Source: Azolla caroliniana
Taxonomy: Eukaryota > Plantae > Polypodiophyta
Reading direction: 5' to 3'
DNA: 64,000 nt
Assembly (NCBI GenBank): GCA_043228905.1
Contig: JBHGNT010000005.1
Location: 21,948,001-22,012,000 of the forward strand
Part shown: piece after piece, positions 52,153 through 64,000 of the stretch
Layout of the letters: each line of letters begins with the position of its first letter
Position numbering within the stretch: the first letter of the stretch is position 1
Position numbers and translations under genes: made by a program
The notes under the pieces: model-generated
The model's input: only the letters and a program-made list of their open reading frames with translations
Told to the model about the DNA's origin: nothing
The model's database searches: none

Positions 52153-52884
52153 CGTTATGTAGATAGTCCCTCCTTTTCGGGGGAGTCGGTCGAAAAGCCA
52201 ACTCGAGAGTCGACTGAGAATCGGTTGAGAAGCCGACTCAAGAGCCGAAATCGGTTGAGAAGCCGAAGTCGACTGGGAGTTGGCCTAATAGAACTTCGAA
52301 CAAACATATACATATACATATATGTGTTCTTATATATGTATATGAGCTAGTATATATAGTAAGAGTTGAACTAGCTGCGTTTGTATGTGGGATAACTCAT
52401 TGAGAGTAAAAACAGTGAGAAAAAACGTGAAAGTATACCTAAGTGAAAAAGCGAGCGCGTGAGTCGTACAAGTATACATATTGCAAGAGAAGAGTTAGAC
52501 AGAGAACGACTGAGAGCAAGCACAGTAGTGGCTGTGCGGGTGCCATAGCTCAGAAGTTGAGCGTGAAAGGAAACAAAGGAAGGAGAGTGTAATAGAAAGA
52601 AAAGAAAAAGACAAGTCAAGAATCCTTGAAGCCTTCGAAAGAGATGGACACCTACGAGTTAGGGTTTGGTGCACTCGGCTAGAATTGTGGTTTTAGAGTG
52701 CAACTATACCAAATCAGGTTCTATAAGTCTGTGTTAGAATTTCGTTTATCTCATAGTGGAAATTTCCTGTTCCCGTGGTTTTTCCCTGAAATAAGGGTTT
52801 TCCATGTAAATCGTGTGTTACTTGTTTTATTTCTGATTGTGACTAAGTCTATTTGCAACTACCATCTGAGTAGAATTCATATCA
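52153..52884 (+). repeat. 3' LTR of Copia element 1 (732 bp)
   Basis: CGTTATGTAGATAGTCCC...GAATTCATATCA (initial TG mutated to CG), followed by TSD AATTT. Confidence 0.93.
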
Positions 52885-53581
52885 AATTTCACATGCTTAG
52901 CTTTCTTCAGTCATTGGATCCATGTAACATAACATTGGTCCATTGACAAGATTCAATACATGTTTGAGTAGCATTAAAGCAAAGACTGATTACAAGAGTG
53001 CATGTCAAAAGTGCATGTGAATTCGGTTCAGACATGGATTAGTTTATGTTGGGGATGGTATGGTAGCATCCCATCGGTTCCATGAGAATATGTTGTATGT
53101 TGGGTTAGCGTCATAGACAAAAACGCAAAGAAAGTTTTAATGTTCAAACTTCAAAGTGCGCATGTAGACTAGTTTCAAACACGAGTGAAATAAGAGTTTA
53201 TGTGGAATTAGCTTTAAAAGAAGAGTCCATGTGGATTAGCTTCAAAAACACAAGGATCAGAAAAGAAAGGTCATGGTAAATTACATGTGAATTAGATCAA
53301 GAACCCAGAAGGATAACAAAGAAAAGAAAAGATTATGGCAGAGTGGTGTGGATTAAGCTTCAAAACACACATACAAGGATTGTTGATGAAAACTGAGAAC
53401 GCATGTGGATTGTTGATGGCATTGTACCTAACACAAATTTTGAGAAAGGAATTGTCATCAACTTGATGACAAGGGAGTGGAGTGTGCACACGATCATCTT
53501 TCATCATTCAGTTTCTTCACCACAGAAATCAGATTCAATCATCATCAGCCATGTCGCAAGTGTCGCAATATGTGTGCATTT

Positions 53582-56500
53582 TCAATCCGAATCTTCATCG
53601 GCAAAATCAGACTCCTCTTCCAAATCATCATCACTGCCTCGCTCTTCCTCCGCATCATCGTCATCGCTAATAACATACTGTGCAACAGTCCGATTTGCAC
53701 GTCTTGGACGAGCGGCAGCATGAGTGAGAGAAAGGGGGGGGGAGGAAGAGCTCTTCCTCCTTCATTCTCTCCTTCCTCTCCCAACCTAGAAAGCATAGAA
53801 CCACTCCTCTTATGGAAAGGAGATGACCTCATTCTCCTTACTTTCTGAGCAGGAGACTCATCATCATCATCATCTTCTTCTTCTTCTTCTGGAGCAAGCA
53901 TCTCATCAATGAGCGTTCTCCCTTTTGATTTGGTAGTGGTATTACCTCTCTTTTTTGCTACTTCTACATTCACATCAACATCCTTTTTATTTGTTGTTGC
54001 ATTGTTCATAACCTTCGTATTAAACCCTAAGGTGAAGATACCTTTATCCCTCTTCCTGACTGCTACAACTGATCCTGATGGATTGGTTTTATTGCCTTTC
54101 ACCTTCTTGCAAAAATCCCAATCAGAGTCATCTTCTCCATCATCATCAACTTCTTCATAAGCATCCTCACTATCGCTCTCTATTGCCATCTTCTTGGGCA
54201 TTTCTTCTCTGCTTATCCCAGTCTTTGGTTTTTCTTCTCTCTCATCACCAATCACTTTGTCCACCTCGGAGACATATCTGACACCATTGATTAGTGTTGG
54301 CCCTGAAACTGTTTCAACGACAGACACCACGTGTTATGGCAGCATTGAATTCATGTGTTAAGTTGAAATTATATTAAAACTTACAAATATAAGCTAAGCT
54401 ATATAACCTTAAAAAGACATGGAGTGTTAAAAGCAATATTGATTCTAAATGTCCATTAGAAAGTAGAAGTCCCACCGTTCTTTAAAAATTAGAAGTACAA
54501 ATAAAATGTATAAATGTGATGATGCCGCATTGCAGTAAAGCAACAAGTCTAATAATACTTTCATTGACGAAATATTTCATATTTCAAATTTGAGATCATT
54601 ACACTAACAATTCATATTTTTCATGAAGTTTGCACGAAATCCATTGTCCATTAACAAATGGTTGGAAATTATATAGCATGGCTGTACTAATAAAGGGGTA
54701 ATAATGCTTATAAAACTGAGTAAAACATATCTCATTACAAATGTCGTGCATTAGATAATAGGGGATAATAGTTTTTGATATTACCATGCCCTGCAACAGT
54801 ATAGGCAACCAAATGCTCTCGGAGGCCCAATCTGAGGTTCTCATCATTGCTTTCTAAAGGCTGCAAAAGGTTATTCACAGGGTAAATAAAAGAGGAGAAT
54901 ATTGTCTTATAGCTTGCAAACTCACCATAGCAGCTTTAGCTATAATTTGAGACTCCTTTGAAACAGCCTTCGCATGGTCTCCGGAGGGTTTTGCTGAGAC
55001 CAAATTTAACAGTATTCATGAATATAGTGGATCTACTCCTATTACATTGTTATTTAACAACAGCTTATATAAAAATAAAAAGAATATTGGAAATTATGAC
55101 AATAGGACATTTAACATAGCCTATCATTACCATATGTAGCTTTTTTCACAATCGCATGCTTGAATGGCTTATCCCCTCCTTTAAACATGTGCTTCATCTC
55201 GTATTCCTCCTCCTTGGCTTCCTCCAGCTCTTGAGCCTGGTTGGTATTACATGCATAAACTATTCAATGATCCCTTAGAGATTCATAACCCTATAAGCAA
55301 GCTTCATGTATGCATAGCATATATCATATTCTCTAAAGATTCGTAGAATGTTCAAGACACCATACTTCTTATAAACTCATATTGACAACAAGATGAGTGT
55401 AGTGCCAGTATAAGTGAGTCTGATGCATAGAATGTTCAATGTCCCATGCTTCTTACAAACCATTTTATAGAAAGAAGGTAATATCATGAATGTATAAGAT
55501 TAGATGATCCTACATTTAGTTGCTGAATGAACGCTTCAAGGTCTCTGATCCACAAAGACTTAGGGGTAGCTCTCCTCAACTCTTCTACGTCACCCTCTAA
55601 CTTGTCTCTTTCATTGCACAAATTTTGCACTTTCTCCAAGGTTAAGCTCCCTATTGTCATGGATAGTAGGTATTCATAATCAGCAGCTTTCACCCCTGTC
55701 ATTACCATCTCTTCTGAATCATTTACTTCTTCCGTTTCAAGATTTTCAGTGCCAGCTACCATTGGTTCAGACTTCTTTGATTTCTTTGGAAATGGAGTGA
55801 ATCCATTGATCTTCAACTCTATCAGAAGCTCAGCTCGCCTTCTATTATTCACGATAATCTCTCCTTTCATCACACCCAGTACAAATCGCACCTTGTTATC
55901 AAGCTTAAGAAGCTCCAGCTGCAGATTCTCAAGCTGAATTTCTTTTCGCTTCACATACAGATCGAAACGGATGGAGAAAAACGTCTCTAATACTGTGCTT
56001 TAGTCAAGGAAATCGTGCTCACAGTGTAATCAGACGGAAACAAGACTTCCAATACATTAAAAACAATCAAATGTGAAGAAAATAATAGGATACTTTGTTC
56101 TGGAGTTCCATATTTTTGGATGACACCACGAGAATCAAATAGATGCATGTTGCTTGTACTTATTGACGTCTTTAGCTTGAACTTCTTGGGTATACCCTCG
56201 GCAAGTGCCATAACCATGTTGCACTCAGTTAACTGCACTTCAAAGTTGACCCGTGTGTCTGTGTTATGCTCTCTATAGTTCTACAATGTTAAAACCATTA
56301 TTTGTTAAATTCTACTTCCCAGGTCTTGGTTCTCAAAGTTAATGTATATCAATTCAAAATTAGTTCAGGTAAAAAGTAACGCCAGAAATTTCATTAAACC
56401 TACTAGTATTCCATATTATAAGATTGGACAGAAGTAGACGGAAGCTACCTTCACGAATGGCTCTTTTACCTTATCTGTGGGGGACATCATTCCTTCTAGA

Positions 56501-59500
56501 AACTCCTTGTAATCTTGGGTCCATTTCTTAACAGGGAGCTCTGTGATCCTTATTGTAGTGGCGTCCAATAGTTCATACATACCAGTGATAGTATAAGTCC
56601 TCCCTGATTCTTTGGTAGCAACAAGCTCAATACTTCCCTGGAAAAAATACCTATAATCTATATACAGTTCCGATGATCACTGAATGCAAAACCAAATTGT
56701 TGAAGATTACCTGAAATCCTTTGTACCAGGGATCCATTGGCTCCATGGAACGTCCATCAAGAAGCTTACGAATATTTGCAACAATATCCCTTGGATTATA
56801 GTTGGGAACAAACGTACTCCATCCAGTGCCAATCCCCTCACTCCCATTCACAAGAACCATTGGAATAATGGGACAATACCTGGAGTATGGTCTGGTATAT
56901 TAAATAGAAAGTCTGCACAATAGAAACACTCCATGGATATATCATGAGTCATGACAGAAGATACTTGCCAGATGGGTTCTATAGATTGACCATCTTCTCT
57001 CAGGTAATCTAGTAGAATGTCATCCTCTTTAGGGAACAGAAATCTTGTTATGGGAGAAAGGCACGTGAAAACATATCGACCACTTGCATGATCTTTACCA
57101 CCCTGTGTGAAAATGGAACTTTCACTGTCAATATTGTTCACAAAATCTTTAACAGAGGGGTTTCATATAGTTTACAATATTGTTTGGCTTCCATTCAAAT
57201 ATATTTACCTGAGTTCTTGTTCCAAACTGTCCAAGAGGGGATAGCAAATTTACGTTATTGCTACCAACATAATTCTGTGCCATTCCTATAATCGTGCTCA
57301 CAAGACTTTGTTCACCGTGGTGGTAATCAGAATGCTCAGAAACATAACCTGAAAATTGTGCTACCTGAAGAAATGTATAAGAACATCGATCATAAAAAAC
57401 AACACACGTTTGCATTGAAATACTGTAAGAAACAATACCTTGGCCTGGGTAATGAAATTACGCTTGAAAGAACAGAAAAGGATCTTTCTCTGTCCTGGCT
57501 TTAATCCATCCACCATTGATGGAATGGACCTTGACAAATCAGCCATGGAGAACAGAATCAACTCCTTGTTGATGAAGTCACGATATTTAATGATTTTAAC
57601 CGATTGATCAAGGTATGTTCCAGGCTACCACAAATGTAAGTCGCAATCAGCTTAACCAACTATATTTAATCCAGAGTACAATCTAGACTACAGGCATCGT
57701 ACTTCAAAATTTCGAAGCCATCTCTTGCGAGCATCAATTTTTTTCTTACTAAATGCCATCTCTATAGATTCCCCATCTTCGTCTATTTCCCATGCGAAAA
57801 TCTTCCTGTTCGTGTCAAGCTCTCTAAAGTACTCCTTGCCTTCTTTGGCAGTACTGGTACCCAGACCCTATAATTAGAGAAAAAAACGATCTCAAGAAAC
57901 ATTCCACCGCATGCATTAAGGTTGCTATTATGGATCTTTAGGCAACCTAGAAATTTTAATTTTGTTTCAATGTAAATAACTTGCATTCACCCATATTTGT
58001 AATCATAACTTGTCTCATAGACCAAATTTGGTCTGTAGTAGACATTATTATTTATCTTTTTTTTTCTTATTTCTCTATTGGTTTACATAAATGTATATAG
58101 CACATAGTTAAGCAACCTTATAGTACTTCATGCTCCAGCCTGATGTATGCCCATTCAGGGATTCTTTCCAAGCCTCATATTCTGGCATTGTATAGAATGA
58201 TAAAACTTTTCCAGTTTTATGTGTAGCCTGAACAAACAATAAAAAGATTAGAGATCTGAAACAATGTAAATACAGATTAGAGTTTTGAAACAGACCTTTA
58301 CGATTGGTGTGATGAATTCCACAAGAAAGTCAGGAATTTTCAAAAGAGACGGCCAGAATGAATGAATGAAGTTGATGAGCAAGCCTTTGATGTGAGATCC
58401 ATCATGATCCTGCAGCTATGCTTTTATTCGAAAGGCTCAAAGACACAAAGTGACCAAAAAAAAGTTGTGATAACACACCTGATCTGTCATTATCATCAAA
58501 TGACCATATCGGAGAGTTTTGACATTCGTGTATTCTTTGCCATGCTGAAGTTCTAAAATCTGTTTGATGTGATTTATTTCTTGGTTCTCCATTATTTGCT
58601 TGTGACTCGCCTCCCTTACATTCAAAAGCTTTCCTCGGAGTGGGAATACACCGTATCGGTTATGTCCAACTACACTAATACCACTCATCTGCATTGAAAA
58701 AACAGTTTAAACAACAAACAAACAAACAAACAAAAATACATACGGTGCGCTCAGATGTATCCTCAACAGATAACTAGAATAACAAACATACAGCAAGAGC
58801 TTTTGCTGAATCTCCTTCAGTCAATATCAAGGTACATCCTTCAGAGTATTTACCACCAGCATCATTTGCATCATCAAGTTTAGTTATACCAGTAATCCTT
58901 TGTCTCTTTGCACCATCATTTTTCTTAAGTTCTTTGCTTTGCTTAAAGTCAGCCCACGTCAAAATGTTTTCAACTACTCCACATTTTGTCACTGTACAGA
59001 GGCATCCAATGTTAAACAATGACCATTTTCTGTCAGGATTTTGATTTATGTATCATATAGTAAGCTCCAAGTGTTTAGAAATACCCTTTTTCATGAAATC
59101 TTGGGAAGGTTTGCACTTTGAACCAAAGCTGCTTTGTCTTATAGTTAATGTTTCCTTTGTTTGTGAATCAAATGCTGGATTATCAATAAGCGAGTTCACA
59201 AAGACCCACATGTGATTCTTAATTTGGAAGGCTTTTACTCCTGCATTCTTCTTCTTCTTATTCACAGCACCCAGAATATGATTCACTATCTGATCAGTTA
59301 CATACTGTACATGCGTTCCTCCTTTGATGGTCACAATTGAATTAACAAAACTCACCTTAAAATAGCAACATGAGGTTAGCCATCAATAGTGCATTGCAAG
59401 TAGCAGTTTAGTGGGTTTGAAATATACTTGCTGAAATTGGCCATCACTTAGACTGACACAAACTTCCCAGCGATCGTTAACATGCTCATAAATCCTGAAT

Positions 59501-62244
59501 CCACATAGTCAATCATCAGAATGATCATAAATCAGTAGGTTAAAAGCATCTGGAAATGAAAGGTTTCTATCTACTAAGGAGCATAACACTAGCCTGATTA
59601 CTATAAGTTCCGTAGCTAAGAACTACTTAACTATCTTCAAACATGAGGAACAGAAAAAACGAGCACTATACCAGATTTCTTCCCTTAGATTATTGATGTT
59701 TGCAAACATACTATATAAATATTCTTATAACTACGAGTGTTTAAATCGTTTGGGAATAGATTTAGGTGTCAACAGAAAACTTCAAACCTGGGTAGCGGCT
59801 CCTCTCTCTTCTTATTTACAGTGTCTAGATAGAGTCCAACATAATCCTGAAAAGATTTTATGGGCAATCTCTGCCCATTCAGCTCTACTTTCACAGTCCT
59901 TCCGAGACAACCTGCTATATCTAGAACTCTCTTGCTCATCAAAGCCACAACATCATCTTCCAATTTTTTCATTTGAAACTTTGCAAGATCTGGTCTGAAT
60001 GTAACCTTGGTCCAATTTTCATTGGCCTTGCAAGCTGTGATTATCGGTTCTGATTTCGAGCTCATGTTATTTCTGAAAACCTGTTACATATAGCATATAT
60101 TGATGCAATAGCAAGGTATTATATTTTGACATTAATCAAGCTCAAATGCTAGCATTAGGTCAAGCAACGAGATCTACTTGTTTATATCTCTTTAAACGTC
60201 TTCCGTCAGCTGTTTCGATGATGAATTCTGTAGAAAATATGTTGGCTAACTTTGCTCCATAGCCATTTCTCCCACCTGTTGTCTTCTTTTGAGTATCATC
60301 ATAGTTACTGCTTGTGAGAAGATGGGCAAATATCATCTCAGGCACATAAACTCCTTCTTCTCCATGAATCTCAACAGGTACACCATCTCCACTGTTGTAT
60401 ATACTTATCATGTTTTGCTCAACGTTGATTTCTACTTTCACAGAATCCATGGAGGGATCCCTTTGTTTATTATCTGCTGCATTAACTAGGATCTCATCAA
60501 ATATCTTATACAGTCCTGGCACATAGGTTACATTCCGACAAACCAAGGACTGGCCTTCATAGACCCAAAGATTCTGACTGTGCTTCTCAACGGATCCAAC
60601 ATAAGTATCAGGTCTCAATAAAATATGCTCCAATTGTGACTTCTTCTGATATGTTTCTTCAATCGTCTTTTCTTGCTTGCCTGCGTTAATATTGGCACCA
60701 GAGCTGGTCTGAAGGGGCTTAACAGCAGAAGATTTTTTCGCCACGTTTCCTCCTGAAGCTTTACTTTTGGAAGCCTAAATAAGAAGAAAAATCTTCATTT
60801 ACGAGAATCAATTCTATCCTCCTAATATTTATGATGTGAAAAAAATCCAAGATCAAAATTTTCTTTCGTGCAGAAAAACAAGTATTGCTCGCATATGCAG
60901 AAGCTTGATATCAATGCAATAAACGATTAATAATGAAATAAATTTCAAAGTGAGCCTCCATTCGATTCTCTTATGTGTTCAACACAATGATTTCTCTGCA
61001 TGAGTAACAACTTCTGAGCAAAGATCTTTGAGCAAATTTGCTATAAGTGAATGAGGCAAAATCAGCAGGATACACTGTCAAATTCTGAACCAAATGGAAG
61101 AGGAAATAAATGAAAACGAGAGGACGGTCATATTTAGAAACTTGGATCGCGATGAAAGAGCAATGTCGCTCATATATACAAATGATTTCTTCACATGAAG
61201 ATTAATTTCTGGCAAAGATCGTTGAAGACAAGTAGCAACGGAAGAACATTTTGTCTTTTGTGTGGAAAATTTGAGTTTTTCTTTAGATGAATCTTAAGTT
61301 CTGAGCAAAGATCGTTGAAGAAACATGCGCAGATGAATTTACAAAAAGAAAAAACGTGAGTGAAGAAAGTAAACTCAAGCCAGAAAACTCAGAGATTAAT
61401 CTACAAAAGAAACATGAAAGAACGAGGACTTGAAAATATAGACATGTTAAGAATGCAAAGACTGTCCAACAAAACAATTGGGTTCGAAGAAATGCCCAAA
61501 GAATCAAATTCTTTTAGAACGTAAATTCAAATAAACGCTTAAGAATTGGATTCTTAAGGAATGGGAGATAAATGACTGTAATAATATTCAAGCCAGAAAA
61601 TTACACTGACAAATCTACAAAGTGAGAAAAAAGGTAATGATATTCATTCAAGAAGAATAAACTGATTGAACAACACGGATGGGAAAAGTTAAAAGAAAAA
61701 CGTAATGATATTCATGCAAGAAGAATACAGTGAGACAAAAACAGAATGCAATATGAGGAAGGAAAGAATTGGGAAATACTGAAAAATCTACAAAGATAGA
61801 AAGAAAAACAGGAAGTAAAAAATTAAGAGGAAAACAATGAGAAAATGAAGGAATACGATTAGCGCAGTGAAAGAAGAATGAATTGAGAAGAAAAGAAAGG
61901 ATGAACAAAGATCTAAAACAAAATAAAGAATTTTGAAGAGCATTGTAACCTGAACGATTAGAAGAGAGAAAGACGAGTGGATTCTGAAGAAAAAGAAGAA
62001 TGACAAGGGATTTAAAACCAAACCAAACAAAGAAAAAGGAATTTAGAAGATCAGTGTATCCTGAACGATTAGAATAGAAGAGAGAAAGACGAATGAATTG
62101 TGAAGAAAAGAAAGGATGACAAGAGATCGAAACGAATGAAAATCAAGAAAAGACTGAAGAAGATGATCGCACCTTCTTCTTCTGAGGAGGAGGAGGAGAA
62201 GCAACATCGTGATTTTCCTGGCCGATTAGCAGTAGATTTTCCAT
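53582..62244 (-). CDS. TOP2: DNA topoisomerase II (type IIA), 21 exons, ~1525 aa if the frameshift at the last-exon C9 run is corrected
   Basis: GHKL ATPase ([31 protein letters not shown]), TOPRIM ([25 protein letters not shown]), DGLKPGQRK, catalytic ASGRY. Hand-derived exons: 62244-62173, 60774-60178, 60080-59788, 59494-59428, 59355-59085, 58991-58792, 58688-58479, 58409-58296, 58227-58117, 57867-57703, 57624-57439, 57364-57209, 57102-56969, 56879-56711, 56637-56449, 56280-56094, 55992-55514, 55236-55131, 54993-54926, 54860-54785, 54308-53582. The first exon and the last three are less certain. Confidence 0.95.
58708..58733. repeat. (AAAC)n microsatellite in a TOP2 intron
   Basis: Read directly. 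Confidence 0.85.
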
Positions 62245-64000
62245 GGAAGCTCGAGTTCGAATCAGACGATGAATCCAAACTCACTCTCTCTCTGGCCAGG
62301 AAATCGCGGACTCCAAATTCAAAAATTAATTCCAGTTAATTCCCCAATTTGAAGATTCAAAACTTTCCCCACGAAGGAAAGAAGAAAGATTTGGCCTTCC
62401 AACGAACGGATGAAGAAAGGGATCGGGATCAATGGTGCCTGAATCAAAGCACATCCTTATATTTCAGTCGGGCGTCGATCGATCTCGGAATCAAATTTGA
62501 GAAAGATTAATAGTGATAATCAAACTATTGCCCATTTAATTAGAGTAATTCAAATTAGATTCATCACGAGCGAAAAATAAATCAGGCATTTAACTAAAGT
62601 TGAGAAAAGATGATTGATTGCACCTCTCTTTTCCATTCGAGTTTTTATGATGATGAATAGTGATCGTGGGGGAATAATTGGAAAATAAGGATGGAGCTTA
62701 CATGAAGTCTGATTGGCAATAATAAATCCTCATTAGCTCTTATTTAACAGCTGATCGATCGTCCGAATTATCTAGGGATGGCCAATTTCATTATTTACTA
62801 TGAAACCATCAACATATTAACTACTTTGCCCGTGATTTGACAATTAAGAGGCAGGTTAATTATGTGGAAATATTTAATCTAAATATAATATTTATTTATT
62901 ATTACGAAAAGTTATTTCTATTATTATACTTTAAAGAAAACTCTTCATTTGAAGAGACATAACTTTTTGTTCATCGTCTCTACTAAGAAGCCATTTGGGC
63001 TAATGTAACACACACAATTAATATAGAACAATTTTGTGTATGTGTGATCTCTCTCTCAATCTCTATTTGTATAGTTGCCGATTTCTACAAATTAGGTAGC
63101 TATCCACGAGCTCTGCTTAATAAATCAACCGTTAATCAAGCTTGCCTTGTGAATCAAATCTTAATCTTAAACAACCAAAGTGTTAGCATAATCCCATATA
63201 TGCTAGGCACTACCGATTATACTGTAGGCTTCTAATCACTCAAATGGATTAGTAATTACTAATGCCCCCCTCTTTCCGTATTGTATCTAAGGTTTAGGTG
63301 CGTATAATACCTCGTGAATGGTACTGTTATACACATACTATATCTTAAAGTTACTCTGCTGAATCGTTCACCTTTTTTATTTGGTTTAATCCAGTACTTA
63401 ACTTACCGGGTTGGTGCAAATTGAATTACGTATAATAAGTACTTCTTCAGGAAAAACTCTAAATTTCATCAATATTAAGAAACATAATACACAGAATGCA
63501 CACTTTATATTCTATTTAGGGGCTTGAAAATGGTTTTGGGGTTCTAGACCACTCCAAAACGCATCACAGATACATATGGTCCTAAACTACTGGAATAATT
63601 ACGACCATTTACCTCTGTGCTAAGGTTAGAAGCACTAAATAAACTTCTTAATTGGCAATTGAAACACAGGGACATATGTGCCAAATCACAGCCCATAGCA
63701 TCTGCAAACTACTTCAACTGGTACAATCTCATGGGAATCCTCTCTGGCCAATCACTAAATCAAGTTTACTGCTTAAATAAATGGCATTCTTATAATGGAG
63801 AGCTCATTGTTTATATTTCTGGTAGGATCGCTGCTAGCTAAAAAAGGAGAATTATTCATTCTCTTTGTGGGAGGTGGCATAGAGGATCCAAAACAATGAT
63901 TCACTGGATATGGACTTATTCACCAACAATAACTTTTAATCCATCAAATTGAAGGACAAACTTCGACTCAGATTTCCAAACATATAGTCTGGAAAATCTT

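Larger units (their letters stand above)
47271..52884 (+). mobile_element. Full-length Ty1/Copia LTR retrotransposon (element 1), decayed
   Basis: Two LTRs; TSD AATTT at 47266-47270 and 52885-52889; PBS and PPT present; gag-PR-IN-RT-RH remnants. Confidence 0.96.

Noticed and set aside
53545-54330. Stand-alone 261-aa acidic/basic protein
   Set aside because: It is the last exon of TOP2 (no ATG start, valid acceptor, TOP2 C-terminal motifs).
62300-62520. MSA (AACGG) or E2F cell-cycle elements in the TOP2 promoter
   Set aside because: Only one AACGG (62405) near the start and no clean E2F consensus; not distinguishable from chance.

Overview
Eukaryotic, AT-rich land-plant nuclear DNA (probably a seed-free plant such as a fern or lycophyte; this is inferred from gene and TE style only). 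There are two intron-rich host genes, both on the minus strand: CLASP (22 coding exons, 19805->11694, about 1483 aa) and DNA topoisomerase II (21 exons, 62244->53582, about 1525 aa, with an apparent 1-nt frameshift at a C9 run in the last exon). The rest is mostly a retrotransposon graveyard: the 3' end of an RTE-X-like LINE, two distinct L1-clade LINE lineages (5 copies), a full-length decayed Ty1/Copia element with LTRs, PBS, PPT and TSD, a truncated second Copia, Ty3/Gypsy fragments, a solo LTR, a Mutator-like MITE, and tandem repeats and microsatellites. The most notable pattern is that all three copies of one L1 lineage sit inside (GA)n microsatellites in the same orientation, with (GA)n on both sides even of the 5'-truncated copies. 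One of them splits a Copia LTR at its (GA)n tract. This suggests a (GA)n/(TC)n-targeting LINE lineage. All coordinates and splice sites were read by hand and no database searches were run.
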